Positions 39,373 to 49,182 of a DNA stretch of 64,000 nt are shown piece after piece. How positions within the stretch are numbered: position 1 is the stretch's first letter; each line of letters begins with the position of its first letter. Origin of the DNA: a phage; assembly GCA_026209155.1 (NCBI GenBank), contig GCA_026209155.1_3056.1; one strand, written 5' to 3'. The translations under genes were made by a program, and so were the position numbers. Below the pieces are notes generated by a model. That model was not told the origin of the DNA, ran no database searches, and saw only the letters and a list, made by a program, of their open reading frames with translations.

Positions 39373-39912
39373 TTATCTCATTTCAATAAAATCTATGAGT
39401 TCAGCATGCGATTTGCGGAACATTACTTGGTGCCCGCCAATGATAACTTCATCTTCAGGAACTTCGTATACAGCGAGATAAAATCCTTTAGAAGATAATT
39501 CTTCCCGCTCTTCTCGTGTGAACCATCTCATCATATCATATTCACTAGCGAAAGCAAAATGATAAAGAGCTATAAACCATCCTGGAATATGATATTCTAC
39601 TCCAACATAATCTTTCTTGAACTTAGTATTAATTACTATATTAGCGTTTTTAACTAATAGTTTATCTTCGTGTGGTAAAGGAATTCTTTTATTATTATCG
39701 CTATGATGCATAAAATTAGGTCTGTCATAACCTACGTGTAATAGCCACTCTTCGCTCCATGAATCTATTATACTCCTGTACGGCGTTATTTGAACACAAA
39801 GATTTCGACGTATTGTTATAGCATCTTCATAATCAAGAATACTAAACGATGATTCAACACGATAAATTTTCATTTTATTATCCTCAGTAGCTATGGTGTT
39901 ATAATACCACAA
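39373..39912 (-). CDS. Hypothetical protein
   Basis: 179-aa ORF immediately downstream of early promoter after dexA. Confidence 0.5.
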   Translation of the reverse strand: MWYYNTIATEDNKMKIYRVESSFSILDYEDAITIRRNLCVQITPYRSIIDSWSEEWLLHVGYDRPNFMHHSDNNKRIPLPHEDKLLVKNANIVINTKFKKDYVGVEYHIPGWFIALYHFAFASEYDMMRWFTREEREELSSKGFYLAVYEVPEDEVIIGGHQVMFRKSHAELIDFIEMR

Positions 39913-39932
39913 CTAACCGAGGAAGTAAACAA
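39895..39932 (-). promoter_or_regulatory. T4-type early promoter (-35 GTTTAC, 17 nt, -10 GTATTATAA)
   Basis: Minus-strand GTTTACTTCCTCGGTTAGTTGTGGTATTATAA. Confidence 0.55.
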
Positions 39933-39936
39933 CTTT

Positions 39937-40620
39937 TTATCGTTTTGTTGGAAGAGAAAGAGGATCGCACTCTTCTTCTGACGGAGCATCTTCAAGACCC
40001 ATAGCATATCGCAAAGCATACTTCATCATCAGGATGTCTTTCGCACAGTCATGAATAGAATCATGTGCAACGAATCCATCTAAAGTTCCCTTTGGAAGAG
40101 GACACGTGGTCATATCACGAACAAGGAGAAGTGCTTCAATTCTGGTACGAATATCACGCTGATTCCAGAATTTACACGGTTCTAACTTAAATGTGTCAAG
40201 TTCATTCTCAGAAACGCCATTAAGACGTTGAATATCGCGAATGAGATCGACTAAAATTGGAAAATCAAACGACATTCCACGGCACCAGCCTTGAGATTTC
40301 CAAGGATCGATGTTATGTGCATTGATGTAATCATTAAATTTTGCAATACCATCGATAGTGCTTACATCTTCATCTGATGGTGCAATATTTTTTCGAGCTT
40401 CGGGAGACTGATTTTTCCACCATTCGATAGTGCTTTTAGTAAAAAGACGATGTCCTTTTTGGCTTTTTAAATCAAATTTGATTTTAATGCCGCGCGAAAC
40501 TAATTCATCAAATGATTCAACTACTTCTGGATTAGGGTCAAAGGCAATAACAGCCAAATCAATAACAGCTGCCTTTTCACCGCTTCCCATTGTTTCAAAA
40601 TCTATAATAAAATCAAACAT
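39937..40620 (-). CDS. dexA: Exonuclease A (DEDDh 3'-5' exonuclease)
   Basis: 227 aa as in T4 DexA; N-terminal FIIDFETMG exo motif. Confidence 0.88.
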   Translation of the reverse strand: MFDFIIDFETMGSGEKAAVIDLAVIAFDPNPEVVESFDELVSRGIKIKFDLKSQKGHRLFTKSTIEWWKNQSPEARKNIAPSDEDVSTIDGIAKFNDYINAHNIDPWKSQGWCRGMSFDFPILVDLIRDIQRLNGVSENELDTFKLEPCKFWNQRDIRTRIEALLLVRDMTTCPLPKGTLDGFVAHDSIHDCAKDILMMKYALRYAMGLEDAPSEEECDPLSLPTKR

Positions 40621-40895
40621 TAAATTTTCCTCGCTAAATCGCGAATTTGACCTACAGTATAATCTTGGATATAAACTTTATTAATGGGCTCATCAATAAA
40701 TTTTGCCATAGATTCAATATCTTTTTGTATCTCTTCAAGACTGTATACTATCTTTAAAGCTTTTTCGCGAATAGTAACATTATCAGGTCCTAGATTTTCC
40801 TCAATGACAGCTTTAACATTTGTCATAAGAGATTTAAATTGATGCAAACTTAATTCAATCATTAATAACCGCCTTATAAAGATGGCTAATTTCAC
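40620..40895 (-). CDS. Hypothetical protein (dexA.1-like)
   Basis: 91-aa ORF. Confidence 0.5.
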   Translation of the reverse strand: MKLAIFIRRLLMIELSLHQFKSLMTNVKAVIEENLGPDNVTIREKALKIVYSLEEIQKDIESMAKFIDEPINKVYIQDYTVGQIRDLARKI

Positions 40896-41115
40896 CTAAA
40901 ATGTAATCACTGATTGTGACAGTTTTCACTTCACCACAAAAGAATTCTAACGCAATCAAATCTCGTTCAATTTCTTCCAATTGAAGCATTAACTTGCCTG
41001 ATTCAATTTTCACGTTTTTGCGATTTTTACTATAAGCTATTTCATAAATTTCGTTCACTTTATCTTGAAGTAGATAAAACTGGTCTTTAGTTATTTCCAC
41101 GAATAGCTTCCTCAA
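40855..41115 (-). CDS. Hypothetical protein (dexA.2-like)
   Basis: 86-aa ORF. Confidence 0.5.
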   Translation of the reverse strand: MRKLFVEITKDQFYLLQDKVNEIYEIAYSKNRKNVKIESGKLMLQLEEIERDLIALEFFCGEVKTVTISDYILGEISHLYKAVIND

Positions 41116-41121
41116 ATTTAA

Positions 41122-42441
41122 TCATACATAAAACACATCATAACGACCACGTGTTACACCAACATAAAGAAGCTGCTGAGCTAGTTCAGCATCTGCATAA
41201 TGAATACAAGGCGTATAGATAAAAGCACGGTCTACAGACATGCCCTGAGCTTTATGGAATGTTGATGCGGGAAGTGCTTTCACTTTACTAAACTGTGATT
41301 TAGCATCCCAAAAATCACTCCACGGAGCTTTTCCACCTTTATTCCAATTTTTATAAGTTTCTGCCGTTTTACCTAAAAATAAGTTAAACTTATACAGCTC
41401 TTCATCAGATGAAATTATTTTAATCTTTTCACGATAATATTCATCATCGCCGTAAGTTTCTACTGTTAAATCCCAATGACGAATTAGATATTCTCCAGAA
41501 ACACCACGAGCTTTAACAAATGTTGATGTATACTCTGCTTCTATAATACGAACTAATTGTCCGTTATTAAAAATAATTTCTGACACAGGCTTTCCATCAA
41601 TTTTATATGTTTTAATTAATGGTTCCTGCATTACAATAATTTCACCAACGATAAAATCTTTATCAGTTTCAAAAATCTTTTTGCGAATAATGCTATTCAA
41701 CTTATCAACAGATTTATTCGTAAATGCCATTACGCGATTTTCAAACAAATCATCTAGTGATTTAACGATTGAAAAATAATTTACCATAAAATCGCGTAAA
41801 GCGGTATCACCAGTAAATCCACGTACTCCGTGTCCGTCAACAATTTTATCATAAATCCACTTACCGTTACGAACATCAGTAGCTACATCAATAATAGGAG
41901 CATTACTGCGTTTAACTTCAGTGAGTTCACACTGATAAAAGTCTTTGTGTGTAAAGAATGGACTGATATAAGCAGTGTTTTCTCCTGGGTCAACAGGTCT
42001 AATTTGCTTATTATCGCCTATTCCAATTATAGTACACCACGGCGGAATAGTTGAAAGCAGAATTTTAAATAGCTTTCTATCATACATTGACACTTCGTCG
42101 CAGATTAATACTCTGCATTTAGCCAAATCCGGTACTTCTTTTTGCTCAAAAAGAACGTTTTCTTCGTATGTTACTGGGTTAATTTTAAGAATACTGTGAA
42201 TAGTACTCGCTTCTTTCCCTGATAGTTTTGAAAGAATCTTTTTAGCTGCGTGTGTAGGAGCTGCTAAAATAATTCCAGTTTCGCCTGTAGATATTAAGGC
42301 TTCAATGATGAACTTAGTAAGAGTAGTCTTACCGGTACCAGCAGGTCCATTAATAGTTACATGATGTTTCTTTTCTTTAATAGCCCTCATAACAATGTTA
42401 AAGGCATTTTTCTGGCCTTCGGTCAAATCATCAAATGTCAT
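41122..42441 (-). CDS. dda: Dda DNA helicase (SF1)
   Basis: 439 aa as in T4 Dda; Walker A GPAGTGKTT. Confidence 0.92.
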   Translation of the reverse strand: MTFDDLTEGQKNAFNIVMRAIKEKKHHVTINGPAGTGKTTLTKFIIEALISTGETGIILAAPTHAAKKILSKLSGKEASTIHSILKINPVTYEENVLFEQKEVPDLAKCRVLICDEVSMYDRKLFKILLSTIPPWCTIIGIGDNKQIRPVDPGENTAYISPFFTHKDFYQCELTEVKRSNAPIIDVATDVRNGKWIYDKIVDGHGVRGFTGDTALRDFMVNYFSIVKSLDDLFENRVMAFTNKSVDKLNSIIRKKIFETDKDFIVGEIIVMQEPLIKTYKIDGKPVSEIIFNNGQLVRIIEAEYTSTFVKARGVSGEYLIRHWDLTVETYGDDEYYREKIKIISSDEELYKFNLFLGKTAETYKNWNKGGKAPWSDFWDAKSQFSKVKALPASTFHKAQGMSVDRAFIYTPCIHYADAELAQQLLYVGVTRGRYDVFYV

Positions 42442-42749
42442 CGTAAATTCCCTGCAATTGGTATACTAACAATACGCCCAGTATCTAAAATTCGCCGATA
42501 TAATCTTTGTGTGTCTACATCAGGCTTAACGTGTTTAACTTCTATTTTATTAAACCAAAACTTGCGTGGAGTCTCAACTAATCTCGGAATTCCCATACCT
42601 AAAGCTAGTTGATACTGCTCTTTAAGAGTTGTAAATACTTTATCAGCAATCTCCCTTTCAAAAAATACAGCAGGGCGATGTTCATCAAGAGGAACAGGCA
42701 CCGCAAATCCATCTTTATCTCTATACACTATCGCATATACATAAAACAT
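42438..42749 (-). CDS. Hypothetical protein (dda.1-like)
   Basis: 103-aa ORF. Confidence 0.5.
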   Translation of the reverse strand: MFYVYAIVYRDKDGFAVPVPLDEHRPAVFFEREIADKVFTTLKEQYQLALGMGIPRLVETPRKFWFNKIEVKHVKPDVDTQRLYRRILDTGRIVSIPIAGNLR

Positions 42750-42750
42750 A

Positions 42751-43497
42751 TTATCCTCGGATAAGTTTAAAAATTGAACAATTTAGCGGGTATCCTCTTT
42801 TCAGTTTAAGTTTATCAATAAAAGACAAGTTTTGATACCGCTCTACACCTTGAATAATTTTATCACACATATCATATTGCATTTCTGCTTCTGACAACTT
42901 TTTCACAGTTTTCCAATCCGAGCCTTTAAGAAGAACGTTCAATTTAACAACTTCAGCGCCTTCTGCTATACGAGAACCATCAATACGAGCTTTAAGTGCT
43001 ATAATCGTTAGCTTAACGTCAGAGGTTTGTTTTGATTTAGAAAGCTGAGAAATGTGCTCAATTCGGTTTTCGCGTTTTTTCTGTATAGCTTTAATTTGAT
43101 TATAAGTCTTTTTGATTTTAGCCCATTTCTTTTCATCTAAATTTAGTTTATGAACTTTTTTCGCAGATGAACGACCAATTCGCAAAGCAAATAAATCACG
43201 CTTTTCAATCAACTCTTCTAAAGTATAATCAGAACGAAATGTATTATACTTTTTCTTTACTGCAATAACATTCCCTTTAATGTATCCAACGTTATTATCA
43301 AAACGTTCTAATGATAATTTCTCTCCTTCAATACGATTATCAAAAGGTTCTCCCGAGTAAGCGCAAACTTTCTGATCTAAAATGTTCTTAATGTAATTGA
43401 AGTCTAAGTTAAAATCTTTAGAACGTCTTTTAGCTGATGCCTGAGTATGCTCTAGACGACGTGTAATTTTACGAATTTGATTTTTAGACAGTTTCAT
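42751..43497 (-). CDS. srd: Srd-like protein (putative sigma-factor-related early protein)
   Basis: 248-aa basic ORF at the srd position between modA and dda; assignment by position and length only. Confidence 0.55.
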   Translation of the reverse strand: MKLSKNQIRKITRRLEHTQASAKRRSKDFNLDFNYIKNILDQKVCAYSGEPFDNRIEGEKLSLERFDNNVGYIKGNVIAVKKKYNTFRSDYTLEELIEKRDLFALRIGRSSAKKVHKLNLDEKKWAKIKKTYNQIKAIQKKRENRIEHISQLSKSKQTSDVKLTIIALKARIDGSRIAEGAEVVKLNVLLKGSDWKTVKKLSEAEMQYDMCDKIIQGVERYQNLSFIDKLKLKRGYPLNCSIFKLIRG

Positions 43498-43612
43498 ATT
43501 TTTCTCACGGACGATTAACTACTTATACTATATCATTTTTACTTCAGCTTGTAAACAACTTTATGAAAAATGCTTTAAAACTTTCATGGTATAATGAATC
43601 TAAGTCCTTCCA

Positions 43613-44215
43613 TTATAGATTAAATCCTTCAAAGTCAAGAGTATAGATAGTGTATGTTGAATACTTTTTATACTCATATCTATCCGCAATTCTAAATACA
43701 CTTCCAGCTGGTATCATTACTTCTTGTTCATCTGAAACTAATTCCATATTACGATAGCGATGACTATCCGGAAACTTAAAACTTGGACTGTATTCTTTAC
43801 AGCGTAGAGCTTTTATAGCATACTCCTGGAAATTAAATACCATAGGAGCTTTGAATTCAAAAATAACTTGTGTGTTATACTCTAAACCGGAAGCAAAATG
43901 TAGAGCTATATTTTTATCATATGAAGCTGATACTACTTTATCAAATGTAATAATATCAATTCCTTGATTTAATGCTTGTTTAGTCTCAGCTGGAACACCT
44001 CTCCAAAGAGGTTTATCGTTTGGAACCAAACGAGATTTGATTATTTCATTTAACCAAGTATGGTCATCTGGTTTATTAGTAATACAATGAATTAAAAGTT
44101 CAATTTCAGATAAATTAAACCCTTCAGAAAGTAATTCTTCACGAATAGAAGCACGCACCGATGCATCCATTGATTTTATTTTAAAATCTTTTAGTTGCAT
44201 TACTGAGTATTTCAT
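43613..44215 (-). CDS. modA: ADP-ribosyltransferase ModA
   Basis: 200 aa as in T4 ModA; R-S-E ART motifs (LWRGV, SAS, EQEVMIPAGS). Confidence 0.85.
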   Translation of the reverse strand: MKYSVMQLKDFKIKSMDASVRASIREELLSEGFNLSEIELLIHCITNKPDDHTWLNEIIKSRLVPNDKPLWRGVPAETKQALNQGIDIITFDKVVSASYDKNIALHFASGLEYNTQVIFEFKAPMVFNFQEYAIKALRCKEYSPSFKFPDSHRYRNMELVSDEQEVMIPAGSVFRIADRYEYKKYSTYTIYTLDFEGFNL

Positions 44216-44847
44216 TCAACTACCTCAATATCATAAACTTTAAATGTTCCAAATGAATTGTGTAATTTTTCTTTTGAAATAGAAGTTATTTTATACTTTC
44301 CAATTGGAATCATCCATTCTTGTTCACGCACAATCATCATTAAGTTATCAGTACGCTCTGAATCTAGCCCATCAGTATCTTCATATGTGTACTTAAACTC
44401 AGTATTAGGAGAAGAAAGTATAATATCGCTGATATGGTCAGAATAATTAAAAGCTTTATCAGTTTTTAAGCGAAATATTATTTCAGTGAAATACTCAAAA
44501 TAAGAAAAACCACATGCTGTGTGCAAACTAGTAGTAAATGAATCTACTCTGTTCGTTGAAAACACTTCTCCAACTTGTAAATCTTTAATGAGTTCTTTTG
44601 TCGATTTTGATATACCACGATATAGCTGATAAGGCGATTTAGTTAAATGTTTTTTAACGATTTTATTCAACTGCTGATGAAGAGCTTCATTCTTTTTGGC
44701 TTCCATACATTGCCAAAGAACTGACTGTTCAAAGTCAGTAAATTTTTCACAGACCTTTTTATACATATCATATTGAAAATCAACGCTTTCAGCTTTTATA
44801 GATAACTGTTCAACATCTACAAGATTAATAATCATGATAGCCTCCAT
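44212..44847 (-). CDS. modB: ADP-ribosyltransferase ModB
   Basis: 211 aa; tandem paralog of ModA with LYRGIS ... EQEWMIPIG. Confidence 0.8.
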   Translation of the reverse strand: MEAIMIINLVDVEQLSIKAESVDFQYDMYKKVCEKFTDFEQSVLWQCMEAKKNEALHQQLNKIVKKHLTKSPYQLYRGISKSTKELIKDLQVGEVFSTNRVDSFTTSLHTACGFSYFEYFTEIIFRLKTDKAFNYSDHISDIILSSPNTEFKYTYEDTDGLDSERTDNLMMIVREQEWMIPIGKYKITSISKEKLHNSFGTFKVYDIEVVE

Positions 44848-44902
44848 ATACTTCAGAAGCTATCATATCATTGTTAGGAAGGAAAGTAAACAACTTTTTG
44901 AA

Positions 44903-45085
44903 TTATTTTGCCCAGGGAGCCCAGGGCGGAGGGTCAAGATGGTATGAAGCTAGTTCTTCTAAAAGAGCATCTGGGGCTTCAATTCCATAATTCTGTAATA
45001 CTATACGGTACTCTTTCTTATAATCACTAGAATCATTCTGGATATTCGTAGAATGATTATCTTCTAACATCTCAAATAAATCCAT
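44903..45085 (-). CDS. Hypothetical small acidic protein
   Basis: 60-aa ORF. Confidence 0.45.
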   Translation of the reverse strand: MDLFEMLEDNHSTNIQNDSSDYKKEYRIVLQNYGIEAPDALLEELASYHLDPPPWAPWAK

Positions 45086-45093
45086 ATTAATTC

Positions 45094-45564
45094 CTAGCGA
45101 TAAAAACCAAAATAACGATTAGCTTCAATAATTTTTCTTTCTTCTTCGGACATTCTCCAGCGTAGTCCAACATCAAAATGAGCCCAGACCATCTTAACAA
45201 ATGCATTTATATCTTTAATATCTTCAATAATGAATGTTTTACTTTTAAAAGGTTGACTCGCTAATTTAACTTTATCATCTTCAAACAGGTCAAAAAGACC
45301 ATATTCATGAGCTCTTTTATATCCTTTAATAGTTAAAGCTTCAGAAGAAGAAAATGGTGAATCAGTATTCTGCAAAATATCTTCAGTATGCTTTATAATT
45401 AGAATAACATTTTCTGGATATTTTCTTTCTTTTATATCTTTAATTAAAAGATCCGGATTTTCTGCTAAAGGAATAATTAATGAGCACTTTTTGTCAAGCG
45501 TATTTACTGATTTACCGTCTTTAGACATAAATTCTATTGAATATAGTTTTGCTACTTCAATCAT
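45094..45564 (-). CDS. Hypothetical protein (possibly mrh-like)
   Basis: 156-aa ORF. Confidence 0.5.
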   Translation of the reverse strand: MIEVAKLYSIEFMSKDGKSVNTLDKKCSLIIPLAENPDLLIKDIKERKYPENVILIIKHTEDILQNTDSPFSSSEALTIKGYKRAHEYGLFDLFEDDKVKLASQPFKSKTFIIEDIKDINAFVKMVWAHFDVGLRWRMSEEERKIIEANRYFGFYR

Positions 45565-45717
45565 GCGATTTCCTCTTGCCTACTAATGGGCCGTCAGGAA
45601 TTTTGTTTTCCTGGATATATTTCTCATTTTCTTCCATCATTTTACTGCCAATTTTAAGAAGCAAATCCAGTGCTTCATTTGCTTTAGCCTTGGCCTCTTC
45701 TAGCGTCATATCTTTGT

Positions 45718-45921
45718 TCATGATTTATCCCCATAGATGTCTCTCATCAATTTAAGCGCTGAGCGTTCTAATTTCTTTTCTTTCTCAGCGCTAATCATTG
45801 ATTTCATCCATTCTTCTGATTCGTTCTGCATTTCTTTATTTGCCTGTTCAACCCAACCATCGTCAATATACATTGAGTTTGGTCTACTGAACCATTCAAG
45901 CATTTTCTTCAGAACTTTCAT
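45718..45921 (-). CDS. Hypothetical small protein
   Basis: 67-aa ORF. Confidence 0.45.
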   Translation of the reverse strand: MKVLKKMLEWFSRPNSMYIDDGWVEQANKEMQNESEEWMKSMISAEKEKKLERSALKLMRDIYGDKS

Positions 45922-46414
45922 TTACTTTACCCAAAACAACAGTAGGAGCATCATCAAATTCATGAATTTTTAGCAAATTTGGATGTAAACTATTCCATAC
46001 AGAAGAAATAAAGTATGATAAAGCATCTTCACTCGCAATTATAAATTTGTTTCCTTTATCTATTTTCCAGTTATATACTGAATCGTACGAATAAAAAGAT
46101 AAGGGTTTATCATTATATTGTTCTGCGCTAACATTAATGTATTCGGATTTAGTAAATGCTTCAATTGCTCTAAACGGAATATTTGGTACAGTTTCAATAA
46201 TACCAATCTTTTTAAGTTTTATTTCAGCATCTTCTGGAACTGGCATTGAAACGAAATTTTCTACGAGATACATTGGGTCACAATAACCCTTATCAATCAT
46301 TACTGCTACTGTAATTGGAACATCTTTAGCAAACGACATACTATTACTGCTAATATACATTTCAAACAAAATCGCTTCCATAATTTTCCTCAATCGCAAG
46401 ATGTAGATGAACAA
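45896..46414 (-). CDS. Hypothetical protein
   Basis: 172-aa ORF. Confidence 0.5.
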   Translation of the reverse strand: MFIYILRLRKIMEAILFEMYISSNSMSFAKDVPITVAVMIDKGYCDPMYLVENFVSMPVPEDAEIKLKKIGIIETVPNIPFRAIEAFTKSEYINVSAEQYNDKPLSFYSYDSVYNWKIDKGNKFIIASEDALSYFISSVWNSLHPNLLKIHEFDDAPTVVLGKVNESSEENA

Positions 46415-46731
46415 CTAGAATCACAAGAACTTCCACACGAATCGCCCGTCCATACATGAACAGGAACATTAGTGTCATATGAATCAGAACTAGACTGTGT
46501 ATTCTGCGTATTAGATGATGTAGTAGGTGTTGACCAGCGCCAAGGATTTTTATAATATTCTTGGGCTTCTTCATAAGTCATAGTAACTGCTTCTACTGTT
46601 CCATCTCCCATATAAACATATTCAATTACGGTTAAAGGAAGGTAGTCATTTGAAATAGGAACTACACCTTCTCCAGGAGCTGTAGAGAAAAAATCCGTAA
46701 AGAAACTTTTAAACCAATTAAAGATAAACAT
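46390..46731 (-). CDS. Hypothetical protein with Ser/Thr-rich linker and Cys/Ser-rich C-terminal tail ([15 protein letters not shown])
   Basis: 113-aa ORF. Confidence 0.5.
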   Translation of the reverse strand: MFIFNWFKSFFTDFFSTAPGEGVVPISNDYLPLTVIEYVYMGDGTVEAVTMTYEEAQEYYKNPWRWSTPTTSSNTQNTQSSSDSYDTNVPVHVWTGDSCGSSCDSSCSSTSCD

Positions 46732-46937
46732 TACAAAAAGCCTCTCTTGAATTCAACTTGCTTCTCACCATAATCATATCGAATCTCTGCGTTAAATTCG
46801 ACAGAACCATCTGCGTACATCATAAATGAATGCACAACAACTTCTGTAGACCATGGCTGTAGTTCATATTTCTTCATTACATGCCGTGAAATGATAATAT
46901 CTAAATCTTCATTTGGTTTAATCCAACGATTTAACAT
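46731..46937 (-). CDS. Hypothetical small protein
   Basis: 68-aa ORF. Confidence 0.45.
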   Translation of the reverse strand: MLNRWIKPNEDLDIIISRHVMKKYELQPWSTEVVVHSFMMYADGSVEFNAEIRYDYGEKQVEFKRGFL

Positions 46938-46994
46938 AGTGCTCTCCTCTATAAGATAATTTTATTATACCATACTCATTTTGGAAAGTAAACC

Positions 46995-47028
46995 AGTAAA
47001 ATAAAAAAGGACTCCCGAAGGAGTCCTT
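46995..47028 (-). terminator. Rho-independent terminator downstream of soc
   Basis: Minus-strand AAGGACUCC-UUCG-GGAGUCCUU followed by UUUUUUAUUUU. Confidence 0.7.
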
Positions 47029-47034
47029 GAATTA

Positions 47035-47280
47035 TTAACCGCCAGTTACTTTCCACAAATCTTCGTTTGCAGCAATCCACGCAGCACGTTGATTTTCTTC
47101 ATATACAGTAGTATATGCTGCTTTTTCTGAAGGGAATGTCTGGTAATGAGCACCAGAAATTTTGTGAACGTCAGAATAAAGAGGGAAAGCTACAGAAATT
47201 TCCTTTCCTTCAATTTTCTTATTTCCATCTAATTTCTGCTCAAATGTTTTGATATTAACATAACCGCGAGTACTAGCCAT
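47035..47280 (-). CDS. soc: Small outer capsid protein Soc
   Basis: 81-aa ORF; N-terminus MASTRGYVNIKTFEQKLDGNKKIEGKEISVAFPLY. Confidence 0.88.
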   Translation of the reverse strand: MASTRGYVNIKTFEQKLDGNKKIEGKEISVAFPLYSDVHKISGAHYQTFPSEKAAYTTVYEENQRAAWIAANEDLWKVTGG

Positions 47281-47310
47281 GTAATTCTCCTTTTATTTAA
47301 ATTACATGAT

Positions 47311-47318
47311 TATTTATA
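47311..47318 (-). promoter_or_regulatory. Late promoter TATAAATA upstream of soc
   Basis: Plus-strand TATTTATA is TATAAATA on the minus strand, about 30 nt upstream of soc ATG. Confidence 0.6.
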
Positions 47319-47364
47319 ATAATAATTCTCGCGGCTTTTAAGTCGTCGTTAAAAAAACGAGCTA

Positions 47365-47883
47365 TTAATAACCTCGGTCTTGACGAGCGAAGTTTTCAGC
47401 ATTTTTCAGATAATAAAGTTTAAAGATTTCTTCAGCCGTAAGACCGAGACCTTGGAACATGTTCAGAACGAAATGAAGAATATCAATCATTTCGAATTTA
47501 ATTTCCAACTGGTCTTGCGGAGACAAATCAGTAATTAGAGTTTCACGACGTTCACCATGTTGAGCTTTCCAAGGCTTCCATACAGCAGATGCATCTTTTT
47601 CGCCATTGCTCATACCGCCAAGAGAAGTTAGAAGTTCACGGAATTCATCGTCAATATAATCTTTCTGATTACGCAGCCAATCAACAACTTCACCTGCAGT
47701 AGCCAAATCATCAGGATGACGGTTATATTCAGGTTTATCTTTAGCTAAACGAACTTGCAGAGATTTCTGCATATCAAGCATAACCTGCAGTGGGTCTTTT
47801 TCATCACCGAGAATATCCCAGTATTCATTTTGAGCTTTATCAGCGCCTTCGATCAGTTGTGAACATTCATTAAAGTATGCCAT
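47365..47883 (-). CDS. 56: dCTPase/dUTPase gp56 (MazG-like), from internal Met MAYFNE; track ORF 47365..47976
   Basis: 172 aa from internal Met; MotA-type promoter lies inside the track N-terminal extension. Confidence 0.85.
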   Translation of the reverse strand: MAYFNECSQLIEGADKAQNEYWDILGDEKDPLQVMLDMQKSLQVRLAKDKPEYNRHPDDLATAGEVVDWLRNQKDYIDDEFRELLTSLGGMSNGEKDASAVWKPWKAQHGERRETLITDLSPQDQLEIKFEMIDILHFVLNMFQGLGLTAEEIFKLYYLKNAENFARQDRGY

Positions 47884-47917
47884 TATTTTTCCTTTCAATT
47901 CATGGGTTAGTAGATTA

Positions 47918-47942
47918 ATTATACAATAAATATATAAAGCAA
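47918..47942 (-). promoter_or_regulatory. MotA-dependent middle promoter for gene 56
   Basis: Minus-strand TTGCTTTA, 11-nt spacer, TATAAT, about 30 nt upstream of gp56 ATG. Confidence 0.6.
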
Positions 47943-47954
47943 TAAGGAGGACAT

Positions 47955-48155
47955 ATGGTGCAAAAATTAATGGCACTTGTTGATGCCATCAAAGGTAATA
48001 AAAAACGTATAGCTTTTACTATTTCTGCTATGATAGGAATTTTACTTTGGAATTTTGTTTTATCGCCAGTTGCTATTGCTCATGGCGTTAGTATTCCAGT
48101 AATTACTCTTGATACATTCGTAGATTTAGCATTTGCTTTAGTTGGGTTAATTTAA
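47955..48155 (+). CDS. Small hydrophobic membrane protein (66 aa) on the opposite strand between genes 56 and 61
   Basis: AGGAGG Shine-Dalgarno 5 nt upstream of ATG; two predicted TM segments; stop overlaps gene 61 stop. Confidence 0.55.
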   Translation: MVQKLMALVDAIKGNKKRIAFTISAMIGILLWNFVLSPVAIAHGVSIPVITLDTFVDLAFALVGLI

Positions 48156-49180
48156 ATCTTAGCATATTTAGATAGCCGCATTTTAGCCATCAACCCCTGC
48201 GCAATATTATTTTTCATATATTCCATAATTTGTTCAGGGGTTGCACCTTCCTTTCTAATCATATCATTGACATCTTTTGATTTCCAGGGAGATTTATCCC
48301 AAAACATAACCCTTTCTCCTGCATCAACTAATTTAGTCATTCGTTTAATAGTGTCAGGGTGACGAGGTTCATTATCTAAAACCCATACACGTCTATCTTT
48401 AAATGGAACAATTTCTAGGTCTAATTGACCACCCGTAATAGCTATACCATTTTCAATAAAAAGTGAATCTATAGGTCCTTCTAGAACATATACATCACCA
48501 TCTTTAACCCGTTCGACTCCATAAATTTTTGTTGCCTCAGGATAAGCTTTGATGGTGATATATTTTTGGGGAGCGTCTTTCTTTAATGCACGTCCTTGAA
48601 AAGACTCAGCTTTTCCATTAGCATTATAAATTGGAATAACAAGACGAGGCTCAGGTATTTCCTTTTTATATGTTCCTGGCGCTATGCTATTAACTAATTT
48701 AGGCCATTCGGTTGTAAACCAAAGATATTTCCATTTATCCTTTGGAATACAGCGAGCTTTTACGTATTTTATAATTGGATGGTCTTCCGTCAGTTTATCT
48801 AATCTAATGCATGACGGAAGAGATTTAATTATTTTCTTCTCGGGTTGTTTAGGAAGTTCTTTAGGTTTTTCTACTGGACGACTTTTACCTTTTTCTTTTC
48901 TTATTTCAAAGATATACTCACGATATAAATCAGGTTCAAACTCCTTTAAATATATTCCGATTGGTGCATGATAGTTACAGTTATAGCAATGAATATTTCC
49001 TTCATTATTATCACCATAATACCATCCACGGGCTTTATTTTGGTCGGTTTTTGAATCTCCACAAACAGGGCATCTAAACCGTAATTTAAAAGTTGAACTA
49101 TTATTTACTTGTGTAAATTTAGGTAAATGAGCTAGCGCACGATATGCAAACTCATTATCAATCCAAGGTATTGATGACAT
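48152..49180 (-). CDS. 61: DNA primase gp61
   Basis: 342 aa as in T4 gp61; zinc ribbon CPVCGDSK...CYNC and Toprim region. Confidence 0.93.
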   Translation of the reverse strand: MSSIPWIDNEFAYRALAHLPKFTQVNNSSTFKLRFRCPVCGDSKTDQNKARGWYYGDNNEGNIHCYNCNYHAPIGIYLKEFEPDLYREYIFEIRKEKGKSRPVEKPKELPKQPEKKIIKSLPSCIRLDKLTEDHPIIKYVKARCIPKDKWKYLWFTTEWPKLVNSIAPGTYKKEIPEPRLVIPIYNANGKAESFQGRALKKDAPQKYITIKAYPEATKIYGVERVKDGDVYVLEGPIDSLFIENGIAITGGQLDLEIVPFKDRRVWVLDNEPRHPDTIKRMTKLVDAGERVMFWDKSPWKSKDVNDMIRKEGATPEQIMEYMKNNIAQGLMAKMRLSKYAKI

Positions 49181-49182
49181 TT

